A stretch of DNA of 64,000 nucleotides from Eutreptiella sp. 'Long Island Sound 2002' (lineage: Eukaryota; Protista; Euglenida), in assembly GCA_964036045.1 (NCBI GenBank), contig OZ038378.1:195114001-195178000 (forward strand), written 5' to 3'. A model generated the notes under the pieces. That model ran no database searches. It saw nothing but the letters and a program-made list of their open reading frames with translations, and was not told the DNA's origin. Each line of letters opens with the position of its first letter. Within the stretch, counting starts at the first letter, position 1. The translations under genes and the position numbers were made by a program. Below, piece after piece: positions 35,026-46,373 of this stretch.

Positions 35026-37400
35026 CTACTCTAGGCACCCACTGACCATGGGGAGGGGAAACAATCGCATGTTCGCACTACGCAGCAGTCCTTTCATGTC
35101 CACGAGATATCCCTGTCCGTACTTAACACGTGCCATCGCGCGGAGGAGAGGCGGGGACAAGGAGTAGGCCTGTATTACCAAACCCATCGGTGTTGACGCC
35201 AGAAGCCGGTGGCTGGTAGTGCCTGGCCCCTGGCCTGCAGGAGAAAGGAATAAACAGACAGGGGGGAACAAGACGAAACATGGAGCCGGGTGTAACCACC
35301 CGCTCACACACACACAATGACTGAACTGGGATGGCTGCTCGGAGCGGGGGGGGGAGACAGGGATGGGGAAGGGGGGGTGGCAGGGGCGACAGAGGGGAGG
35401 GAGGGAGGTGGGTGGCGGCAGTCATCGGAACATTGGTGACCCGGGGGGGATATTGACTGGCGGTGATAATCCAGCGCATGCCCGTCTCCGTTCCAGGCGC
35501 CCGAGACTCCCGACACGCGCAAATGAGGCGGCAAAGCCCAGCTGCTGTATTGGTCCCCCACCCATATTGCCCGGTGGCGGAGCCACTGGAGACAGAGGTG
35601 GAGGATGCAACAGCGGCGTCTTGGGAGGTGGGGCAGGAGGTAGTACATGAAGTGGACGGTCTGTGAAAAATCATGTTGGCTTGCGGACAAACCCCTGGCG
35701 ATCGCGGAGTGCGCTGCTCTGCGTATCAGCGCTAGTGGCCATCCGGACAGGACCGCCACCTAGAGCCAAGCCGCCACTGACAACAACTCCCCCGCCCACA
35801 TCACGCACCATCGTTTGCTATTACTGAGGACGCCGGTTAACAGGCACGGGAGGTAAGAGGGGTGGGCCAGGGCAGGGGATAGAAGAGGGGGGCCGAGTTT
35901 CAGGAACCAGGATGAATCCAGGGCACTAGGGTGGGTGTAACAGGAGCCCTGTCCATCGAGGCCACGGACAAGGCAATAACCGAGGGCCTAGGTGGAGTGG
36001 TGGTGGCACCGAAAAAGACAAGCATCTGAGTGTTCCGTGGCACACTCACAGAGAACACGCAATCTCCAGCATTGGCGTAAAATATTGCAGATTGTTTGAA
36101 TCAGTTGCACCCGGGGGGAGTCAGGGTAGCTGGAGGCTACGAGGATGTTGTCTCTGAATTGCTGCAGCGAAACTCGCCCGTGGCTGTTCTCCCAGTACGG
36201 AAAACCCGAGTCGGTGACGCGGAGAGTACCCAAGCGGCGAAAAAGGCCCCTATGGATGTATACGGACCACGGGCTGTGGAGGTCTGCAGCCTGTGCTGAA
36301 AAAGAACCCCCCATCGGTATACAACCATGCCTGCACCAGAGATTTCCTGCGCTGAGAATGAAGTTGTTGTATTTCATCTCCCACGTCACCGTGTCCTCTA
36401 AGGCGCCCTGGGTAATATACCAAAACTTGGCTGAATTCCCCCTTCCCGCTCTGTCAAGTTTTTTACTCTCTTTATGCACAGACCACACAACCTCAGACAT
36501 GCGCCACCGCTTCTTTTTTACGAGCCACTCGCACGCAGAGGTGAGATGTGAGATGACGTCTTCAGGTTTGATGTTGTTGAATTGGTCTTTGCAGTCCACT
36601 TCACTAATATACCGGCAACCCAGGGAATTAAGATCATGGAACCATGATGAAACATCGTTGATGCTGTGGGCCAGAAAGGGGCAGGGAAGTTCATCGCTTA
36701 AACACCGCAAGAAAGTGGTCTTGGCCCTGGCGGCAACTTTGAGATTTCGTTTGGGGAGGAAGGGGTGGAGCAGGGCGGTGATTCCGCGCCAGAGCCAGGT
36801 ACCTTTGGTGAGGCTTTTGGCTTTCCCTATAAGGTACAGTATGGCCAATTGGCCCGCCTCGTTCATTTACAGCCGCGGCGCATGATGTCGCTGCGAATGG
36901 CGGACACAGTCGAGGAGGGGTCCCCGGGGGCAGGTGTGTAGCCTTCATTGGCAAGAAATTTCTGTAAGACCCCCCACACCCAGTGGCGGCAGAATCCCCA
37001 CATGACCCCAACCCCCTTGTCCACAATTCGGACATAGAAATGTTTTGTGACTTGGTCTGCAAGTTGCACAACTGACCGGAGGCGAGATCCGGACTCAGGC
37101 CATAGAGCAGGAGGCAAGTATGTGAGGGGAGGGGGGAGGGTAGCACACACACACACACAGACTGTGTATCAATGTGCGGGAGGTCAGGAAGCTGTGTATT
37201 GTTATCAGCTGGCGTGCCTGTCAGCAGGACAACCGAACTTCGAACTCATGGTCCAGTTGATCGGTACGACTCCAGGTGTTGAGCTTTGGGCGTCACACAC
37301 ACATACACACAGGCAGGCATGGGAGAGCCGGCATAGAAGTCACCTCACTTTGGATCCAAGGTCTGTATCGAAGGCCAAGGCCCAGGGGCAGGGATGTGGA
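35026..37400 (-). mobile_element. Penelope-like retroelement RT, disrupted, no endonuclease visible
   Basis: Motifs in order: VRIVDKG; LYLIGKAK..WRGI (1/2); EVDCKDQFNNI (A); NNFILSAG..GCIPMGGSFSAQAADL (B'); QFRDNILV (C); thumb LSPALAHPSYL..VLSGWPLALIRRA. One frameshift at ~36865 and TAG stops at ~35988 and ~35760. Confidence 0.8.
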
Positions 37401-38514
37401 TTTGCTAGGCACCTCGGGGGGACCAGCTCTGATAGGACCGGAGCCCCCAGCTAAGTGCCTGGCCTACTGACCAATGTACAGTGACCAAATGCACATGCCC
37501 ACCCCAATCACCGGACGGCGTGTGGGCAGTCAGTCCCTTGAGATGTTAACCTCTGATGCGCTACAGGCCCTCTTATGGCACAGGGGCGGGAACTGGAAAA
37601 GGTTCCCCTCACGCAAACTGCAGTGATAATCCAGAAGATTCTGCCAATTGTATGACTGTGCCTGTGCCTATGTCTCTGATCTCTGCACCCATGCCATGAC
37701 GTTGGATAGGGGCCTCTATGCCTGGGCCTGTGGCGGTGCCCAGGACAAGGCCCCTACATGCACCTGTAGGAGACCAAGGGGACGGAAATACAGCACTGAG
37801 AACCCAGACCAGGGCAAGGGGGACCTGCCGGAGAATTCTCCAATCAACACAGAGGCCAAGGGATTGACGTGGTGCACAGGGTACACACTGCGCTGTGCAG
37901 TCAGCAGAACTGTGCGGCATGCGGCTTCTCTGCCAGGGGCTGAGTGCCACACGGGGCCAACGTCGTGCAGTGGCTCCAAAGGCGCATTTTGAGCCAGGGA
38001 CAAGCGCAGAGCACTGGCGGCCACGGGCGACGCAAGAAATGCCTGGGTCCCGGAGGTGGCCTGTGAAACCACAACGGGAGGGGGATACACAACCTAACAG
38101 GACTGGTGGGCAGGGAGGGGGCGGCGTATGGGGGGTTTGGCGGGCATACTAACAGGGATGGGCACCCTCCCCTTGAACAGCCCCCTGCAGAATGCCCGAG
38201 GGTTACCCCCCCCCCAAACACTCGCAGGAGAAACGGTCCCCAAATGGAGGGGGGGGCGGCTATGCGCAAGGACCCACACTACGAATGACCCTTCCACTAC
38301 GAATGTATTGCAACTAGAGCAAAATTTATCTTCAGCGCCTTACACGCTATGGACTTTTGGGGCAAGTGACGCCCCCAGCTCCCCGTGGGAGGGGGGGGGG
38401 GAGGACGAGGGACCAGCTTATGCTGTTACCTGACTGTGGCCACCAGGGAGGCGGGCAGGAACGGGGGAGACCCTCTTTGTCTCCTCCACACAGCTTAGTT
38501 CCCATCACGCTGTA

Positions 38515-38682
38515 CCCCGCCCCCCCCTTGCGCAAGCACCAGCCAGGTCAGGAAAGTGACGGTCCGACCAGGTCCTGGTGCTTAGACAAGATGGTGCAAC
38601 CGCGCGACGCGCAGTACCAAAAGAAAGCATGTCCCAAAAACCTGCCCATACCTCACCCTAAGCACAATAGTCGCAACAGGGC
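38515..38682 (+). mobile_element. Left-end fragment of the 7985-9212 element family
   Basis: TA|CCCCGCCCCCCCCTTGCGCAAGCACCAGCCAGGTCAGGAAAGTGACGG...cacaatagtcgc.acagggc matches 7985-8150. Confidence 0.85.
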
Positions 38683-39099
38683 CCTAGAACACAATGTGTA
38701 GGCAAATTTCAGCAAGTTCTGGAGGTCCTCACTGCCCATCAGGGGCATCAGAAGCTTGTGAATTGTGCATGTGAAGGGTGAGGAATTTGCTTGGTGTCCT
38801 TCAGGTTTTTGGTCTTTTCAATCACCAATGGAGCAAAGAGTTCCTCCATCTCAATATTCATTTTTTTGCTCACCTCATAATTGTCACATGCCTGAGCATA
38901 CCCCCAGGCCGGGGGGTTATGCACCACAAATACGTGCATGGGCATCTACGGTTGGGACGTAGGACTCCCATCCCGCACCAGGTGCCCCACATTGGTTGCT
39001 TAGCTCCACCCCCAGGATCCCTTGGTGGGACCGTGGGACGGTGGACGGACCAAATTATGTGTCACAAAGGAGCATGATAGGGGTTGGAATCCCGCATGA

Positions 39100-41995
39100 C
39101 GGACTCTAAATATCTGCTCATTGCACCACATGTGAGTTCCTACACCCCTTTGTGTTTTCCATATGACCATCTACATTAGGATTCAGAGGGCCATTTCCGC
39201 AACAATTTCGTTGCAGCTAAGGATTCACCATCCACTTGATGTCAATTCCCGCTACCTCCAACTCTTGTTGGACCTTTGGGACTGCGGGGCTGGTTCATTG
39301 AAAAAACAATTTTCAATGTACTCTCACAAAATCGGCACGTTTCGCCGAATGCCCCGATGGTGGGCAAAAGCGTTGGGCACATGGATCTGTGCCGTCAAAA
39401 CCGTGCTTGCCCCAAACGTTTGAACAAACGTACTTGCACCAAACTGTGATGGGTGGTCAAAGGATCCGTTGCCTGATGAAGGGCTACATCGTGGGGCCCG
39501 TGGCCCAAGAAATGTCTGTATCCCCCAAAAATTGTTGCAACTTGTTCACGTCCTCCAATGGTACAAGGGAGGCCTCATAGGCGACAGCGAAGGCGGTTGA
39601 ATCCCGTGCATCCAAATTTAGTGGCTTCATCGGTACTCCTGATGCGATGGTTATTTGTCTCGCAGACACAGCCCATGGCAGGTTTGGGGAGATGCCACAC
39701 CATTTGAAGAGCATCACTTGGCTAGCTTGCCTCCCAGAATTTGTAGACGTCTAGATTGGTGGTGAATCCCACAATCAATCAGGCTTTCAATTGGCGCTAG
39801 ATGAGCTTGTTGTCCAACATCATGGCCTTCTTGTGTCGTATGTGGTGTGGTGTTATGTTGCATTGTGTCATGTTGTGTGACACCCACACCTCTTCGGCAT
39901 AAGGCCTAATGCTTAGGGGCTCTTGAGTGTGGGGTGTGGTGTACAGGGGGATGCAGAGGTGTGCACAGCCCTGTGAGTGGCCACACAACAACCTCTCTGG
40001 GGCCACCTGACCACACATGGACCTCTTTTCGGTGTGTCACAGTTTGTGGGAATGCCCCACCCATCTGCATCCATCTAAAATTTACACCCAACTCCATTAG
40101 TGTGCCCTAAAGAGGCACACACGCCCAATTAAGGGGCTTTGCACCTGGCCCAAGTTGGCACTCCCATGGGCACAGAGGCTGTGGGGGCCCACTAGCCTTG
40201 GAGAACATGCAAACTGGGTGGATGTTCAAAGGGGGCGTAGAGACACGGGCCAACTGCCAAGGCCAACGGCACAAACTGGGCGCTCAACCGTTTTCCCGAA
40301 TCGGTGTTGTTGTAGTTCGCCGTGCAGTGCATCAAAATACCACGGGGAACTAGAACCACTCCAACAGATGACAATGCCTGGAAATCGCCCTGGTAATAGC
40401 CCTTTGGAGGGCATCACAGATTGTTGACAGATAACAACAGGGTCAAATTGTGCAGTCCGACACGACGACAAGGATGTGCCGAGCACATTACCCATGTGCA
40501 TGGGGTCCCGTAAGCTCTTTATCAGGGATGACTCATAGCGGTGCATGGTGCACACACGAAAATGGGTGTGAGGAGCCCGTCACGGAGGTGAAGATCAAGT
40601 AAGTCTATCGCAAATCCGGGGTTCGCACAGAAAAGCATGCATGCCGCAATACAGAGAAGGACAAAGCAAAGGCGGGTTCTAGAGATGTTCACAGTCCAAC
40701 TCACATTCCATGTCAATGGATCGTAATCGGTGCGCTCGGTGCGAACCACGTCTTGCAGGGACGTGCCCGCCACCGCCAAGCTGGTTTTCGATCGGCGGAG
40801 GGCCTACAGCAGGGTCGCCACTGTGGGGGCCGCTTTGCTACCTCCCTGGACGTGCACTAGCGCTATGACCTGCTAGACGCCGTCATGCGCCGCGACGGCG
40901 GCTGCAGCCGCAAGGTGGGCCTCGTGGACCATGCAGCCCGCCAGGCCACGCACCGCAGGGCCCCCTCCTAGGAGGGTTGTTTCCACTCCGCCGGGTGGCG
41001 CCCCAGTGTGATTTGGGTGATGCCCCATCCCCGGATTGTGTCCCGGGACTCACCCTGGTAAAGGCGGTGCGGCTGCACCGCCGTCGTCGAAGGCAACAGG
41101 GCCCATAGGGCAGCGGCTGTGGGCTGTATCGGCGGAGGCGCTGCTTTAGCGCGGCCCGCGGCCACCACCACCCGCACCGCACCCGGCCGGGGTCCCCGTG
41201 CCGCCGACCGCATTGCTCAGGCGTAGCTCACGCTGCCTGGGCTCGCCTGCGGGGTGGGCGGGGGGGGGGGGGGGGGCAGATCCCTCCTCGACGCCCCCCA
41301 CCCGCCACAGGACGATATTGCCCGGGGCTACCTTGATGTCCTCGTGCGCCCAGTCAGGCTGCGGGGAGGCGAAGGGGTGGGCGGGGAGATGCCCCAACCG
41401 GCAGATGCACCCATTGCAGTGCTCCATGCTGCGCTTGCCGCTGCCCTTCCCTGTCCACACGCACGGGGACTGGGGAGGATTGGGGGGGGGGGCGCTGGGG
41501 CGAAGCCGCAGCTTGTTACGCCTGGGCGTTCCGGGGACACCAGTTGGAGTCCCTCCCCGCTAGCTGCCAGCCAGGCGCCGCCCGGGTCATGGGGGCAGCT
41601 TTCTTGGCGGCCGCCGCAGTTTTAGTGGTCGCCATTGTTGTCGTCGCAGCCGGTGCCGTTGTGGTAGCCGGAGACCGGGCCGGGGCTGGTTCGCCCCGGG
41701 ATTCTGCCAGCTCACGGCGGAGGGTGTTGATTATGCCCTCAAGGGAGGCAATTTGGCGTCGTAGCGATGTGATCGTTGCTTGCTCGGCGGTGGGGGGAGG
41801 GGGAGGCGGCTAGGCGGGCCCACCGCCCCCCTTTCGCCCCTTGGAGCGGGAGCGGCTGCACGCCGCCCCCTCGTCGATGGCTGCGGGCGGAGTGCCCGCA
41901 AGAAAAGGAGCCAGCGCCGCGCCTATGGCCGTAAAGAGCGTGGGGCGCTGTAGGAGGGCAGCCAGCTGGGTGGCCACCCCCTCTTGGTCACGCAT
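39100..41995 (-). mobile_element. Degenerate non-LTR retrotransposon: ORF1-like region, APE endonuclease remnant, RT apparently deleted
   Basis: ORF1-like from 41995 with a coiled coil (TITSLRRQIASLEGIINTLRRELAE); APE-like motifs PLTWNVS (~40715), TPIFVCAP, QGDFQA (~40385); many stops and frameshifts. Confidence 0.45.
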
Positions 41996-42300
41996 CGTGC
42001 TCTAGGCGTGAGGGCGAAGGAAAGGGAAGACACAAAAGCGTCAAAGTAAAAGACAAGAAAGTTGTAGCTCAACTAGGCAGCCTCACCACGTGCAGGTTCA
42101 CAACAAGAGGCCTAAAAAACGCACAAAGAGGGTCTAAAACATGCTTTACATAGCATATTTCATCATTGTGAGTGGTTGTAATATAAAAAAAACACTTTTG
42201 TAAAATTTTCCATTTTTGACTTGTGGAGGGTGGAAAACTGCTGAGGCAGTTTGTGCACAAACCAAATGCCATTGAACCACTTACAAACAGCAATTTTGAA

Positions 42301-43944
42301 GCTTTCGGGGGGCCCATGGATCGGGCTAGATGGGCCCAGTGGCCACTACATGGACCCTCATGGGCGCTCAAGTACCCGTATTGTCACCAAATGTTCACCG
42401 AAACCCCTCCTAGGGGCAACAAAAAGATTTCGGAAAAGGTCGAATGTGAAAAATCTTCAGGTGTCACTAAACAGCCTACACAAAAGCAATTCTATTGCCT
42501 TCGGCAAGTCCACCTCGCAGAGATTCCACCCCAAGCAACACACACCCAAAATAGGGTAAAAACTACATAAATGTGGGCTAAAACATGCTTTACATATCTT
42601 GATGGTCATTTTAGGTGACCACGATGTCAAAAAAAAATAAGTTTCGAAAACTTCGATTTTTGAGCTGTATAGGCGAAAAAAGTGCATAAGAAGGTTGTGT
42701 ACCAATCCTGTTTGACCCCCCCCCCTCCCCCGCACACAATCGCAAATAGGGTGAAGAACACATGAATACGGGCTGAAACATGCTTTACATACCTTGGATG
42801 GTCATTTTAGGTGATCACGGTATCAAAAAAATAAGTTTCGGAAACTTCGATTTTTGAGCTATATAGGCTGAAAAACTGCACAAGCAGGTTGTGTACCAAT
42901 CCCTTGGGAGACCCTCCCCCCCCCGCACCCAATATCCAAATAGGGTGAAAAACACGTGAAGACGGCCTAGAGTATGGTATTGGTAAAAACTACATGAATA
43001 CGAGCTAAAACATGCTTTACATACCTTGGATGGTCATATTGTGTGGTCACAATATCAAAAAAACAAGTTTCGGAAACTTCGATTTTTGAGCTGCCTAGGG
43101 TAAAAAACTGCATAAGCAGGTTGTGTACCGCCCCATTAACTCATGTAAGCGATTATTGGTGGAAACAATCATATCGTGTCTTTGGCAAGGGTTGTGACCG
43201 GCCCTAAGCAAGCCTAGAGACTGCAAAAAACGTCCTTCCGTATCCTAGTAGGCATATACTCTCACAACCTCCCCACTCACACACCTCAGAGTGGGTACCA
43301 TGGGGTGACCGAGGCCGCCAAAACTGCCAACAGAGCGAAAACGGGTGGAAAGTGCATGAACTGCACTAGCGCCCGTCCCACTCCGCCCCATACAAACCCC
43401 ATGGAGTCGGGACCAGGAAACACTTTTTCGGCTCAAAATCGAAAAAAAAACCAAAAGATTCATGATTTTCGACCCAAAAAAAGGAAGGGGTCATTTTTTT
43501 ACCCCCCACCTCCCTCAAAACCTCAAAAAAGTGGGTTTCAAGTGGGGGGAGGGGGTCGGGGGGGGTCCGGACCAAAAACTCATTGGGGGATGTGTTTATT
43601 GGACAAAATAATGATTTTACAAGGGGTTAAACTAACAATTCAACCCCTTGGGGTAGGGTACGCGATTAGGCCCAAAAAAGCCCAAAATGGGGGGGGTATG
43701 TGGTGTTTTCCCCTATATCCGCCTGCCTGGCTTTGATCTAACAACCTCTGCGAGGTGATTTTGGGGCTTTCGGAGGGCCCATGGCACGGGCTACATGGGC
43801 CTAGCGGCTAATATGTGGGTCTCCATAGGTGCTCAAGTACCCGTATTGTCACCAAATGATCACCCAAACCCATCCTAGTGGCAACGGAAGCGTTTCATGA
43901 AAAATCGAATTTCAAAAAACTTTCCGGTGCCACTAAACAGCCTA
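42301..43944. repeat. Direct repeat pair of ~180 bp (42301-42478, 43766-43944)
   Basis: gctttcgg..ccatgg..ctcaagtacccgtattgtcaccaaatg...cactaaacagccta in both. Confidence 0.85.
42547..43130. repeat. Three tandem ~190-bp AT-rich units
   Basis: aaacatgctttacata..gatggtcat...aagtttcg.aaacttcgatttttgagct...aggttgtgtacc repeated three times. Confidence 0.9.
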
Positions 43945-45293
43945 TCCAGAGTGAAAATAGCTAAGTCCTCACTGGCAAGGGGCCATATTGGGGGGGGGGG
44001 TTGGGTTGGGTTGGGTTGGGTCGTGGCTCGCACCAGAGGCGGGTCCCCACGGCCGGTGTGTCCTTCCCTCACCGGCACGACTGGGTCCTACCCCGGCTGT
44101 CTGGTCTCACAGCCCTCCAGACTATTGACGACCCCCGAACCCCACCAAGGCGCTGGTGGGAGGGAGATGCCGCCGTGCCTGTGTGTGTCGGCCGCGCGTG
44201 GGGGGGGGGGGGACTGGGGTACCCGGAGTTGGGACCCGAGACCCCCGCCATGGGTTAGGGGGTCCATATACAAGAAAAAAGTTCTTCCGGACCCAGGTCC
44301 AAATACACACACAGCGGCCACAATACGCAAACAAGTTTTGACGCCCCCCCCCCAAAAAAAGGGTACCCAAGTGCGGGGGGGGGGGGGGTACGGGGGTCTA
44401 AATCCAAAAAATCATCGGGGGATCAGTTTTGGTCCTAAAATGATGATTTTACAAGGGGTTAGACGTCAAAAACCATACAATGGGGTATGCTACGCAAACG
44501 ACCCCCAAAAAGGGGGGTATACAACGCTCGCGCCTGCACTTGATCTAACAACCTCTCTTCGAGGTGATTTCTCCCAAGGGCTGAAGCATAATCTTCTATC
44601 CGGGAGGGGATCCGCCTTTTCTGGCTTGTTGGCAACATCCCCGGGAGCACCGGGGCCCCACACCACGCCAAGGTCACATGTCCCAGGGTCTAAGGGGAGG
44701 TGGGGGTAAGGGGGGGGGGCGGTGCACTAAGGGGTGGGTGGATCAGAGAGGCGACCCCTTGAGTGAATTTCGCTTTTCCTTGAGGAAAACTTTCATGTTG
44801 CAAGTCCGTGGGTGGGTGGCCAGGAAGCGCCCCAAAACGACCGGCAGCCCCCCCCCCCAGCAATGGTCTCACCCGCGCACGCTGCTTCACTTTTGGGGGG
44901 AACTGAGGGGGCAATCCACGAAATCAGAGCAACAGCGAAGCCATGGTTAGTAGAGATGGAAACTTGGCATAGCTAAGCTGAGGGCCCCCAGCGACTAGTC
45001 ACGCTGTCTGACTGTCAACAGGGAACAGCAATGTGGCTCCTAGCCAGCTGCATGGCCTGGCACCAGTCAAAGACCAAATAGCATTGAGGGGGTGGGCTGA
45101 GCTACATGGGTCGGGTTCCAGAGCTGGTGGGTGGATGCAGACGCACCCATCGTCACATGGATGCCAGGCCATTGGGGGGGGGACGGGCTGGCCAACCCCA
45201 ACCAAATCACCCACATGAGAACATTTTTTCTCAGGAAGAAACTACATTTTAGCAAAAGGCTTCAAATTGACAGCCAATTTTAGGTCATTTTTC

Positions 45294-46010
45294 GTAAGTT
45301 CGTAAGTAATGAAGTAAGTAACTAAGTAAGTACGAAGTAAGTAAGTAAGTAAGTAACTTAGGTAACCACAACTAAGTCTCAGTAACGTCCATAAGAGCTC
45401 CCTCTGGCCTATGTTCGCCCCAAGACTCCTAACTGCTGACAGGAACTGACGGCAATGACAATCCTCAATCCCAACATCCACCAAATAGCACTTGATTCAA
45501 CTGACAATTCTAACTTTTCAATAACCTGTGCAATGCTGCTTTTTGGACGTGACAGCATCAAATTCATCGTCCCGTCCTCATCCCCCCTTCTCTGGTTTTG
45601 GGTTGTCACACGCATGGGTTAGGGCCTCCTTACCCATTGAAAAGGAGGACCTCTTGTTGGCACACAGTTGGTTTGAAGGCGTACTTTCTATCGACAGCCC
45701 GTGTGCCGCTTCATTTCTCTCAAGGCCCATGTGACCTGGGCCATGCATCCACCTGACCTCCCTGTTACGGGTCTCGGTGCTTCACTTAGTTGTCCCGACC
45801 AGAACCACCAGAAACAACAATCCCGATTGTTGACAGGCCGACATTTTCCCCTGTGCACCAAGAGCCAAATGCTTAGAGTATGCAACAATGGCTAGTTCAG
45901 ACTTGAGCACACACAATAAGCCAGCGAGAGCTCTGCTGCCTTATTGGTTTGCCCGGAGTCCTTGCGCAGTCTCTCTGAGATGCTGACTTCCAGAGATGGC
46001 ATCAGTTGGA
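45294..46010 (-). mobile_element. 3' end of an RNase H-bearing LINE-like element with (TTAC)n tail
   Basis: GQTNKAAELSLA (QTNxxAEL), frameshift, ELAIVAYSKHLALG (IxTDS), EVRWMHGPGHMGLERNEAAHGL (WxxGHxGxxxNExAD); (TTAC)n tract at 45294-45357 on the 3' side. Confidence 0.6.
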
Positions 46011-46162
46011 AAAAAGATTATTTTATTGTTTGGCGATGGTGATGGTGTTGGCATTCACATTCCTCGGGTGTCAATGGCTCGTACATTAGACCAGTCGAGT
46101 CCTGTAATTTGATAAGCCCCCTATGGCGTCACACTGGTTCCCTGCACCGAGTTTATGGGCAC

Positions 46163-46373
46163 CTGCGACTCTTGGCACAGCAGCTGCGTACACTCCAGCA
46201 GCTCGTCGCACACTTCAAGAGCATCGATGCAATCCTCAAGGACGGCCCCACACTCCGCAACAACGCGCAGCTCCACAGCCGCAAACAGTGCACGCTCCAC
46301 GCACTCCAGCGCGACGGCCTGGCACAGGGCATGCACCTCCTGTGGGCCGGCGGGCACTGCCACCCCAAGCGTC
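46163..46373 (-). CDS. 211-nt coding exon of an unknown helical protein
   Basis: ccatttccaaAG|G ACG CTT...TCG CAG|GTGCCC encodes TLGVAVPAGPQEVHALCQAVALECVERALFAAVELRVVAECGAVLEDCIDALEVCDELLECTQLLCQESQ; strong GC3 bias. Confidence 0.55.

Noticed and set aside
42547-43130. CRISPR-like array
   Set aside because: Units are ~190 bp whole-unit tandem repeats with no unique spacers and no cas genes; eukaryotic context.
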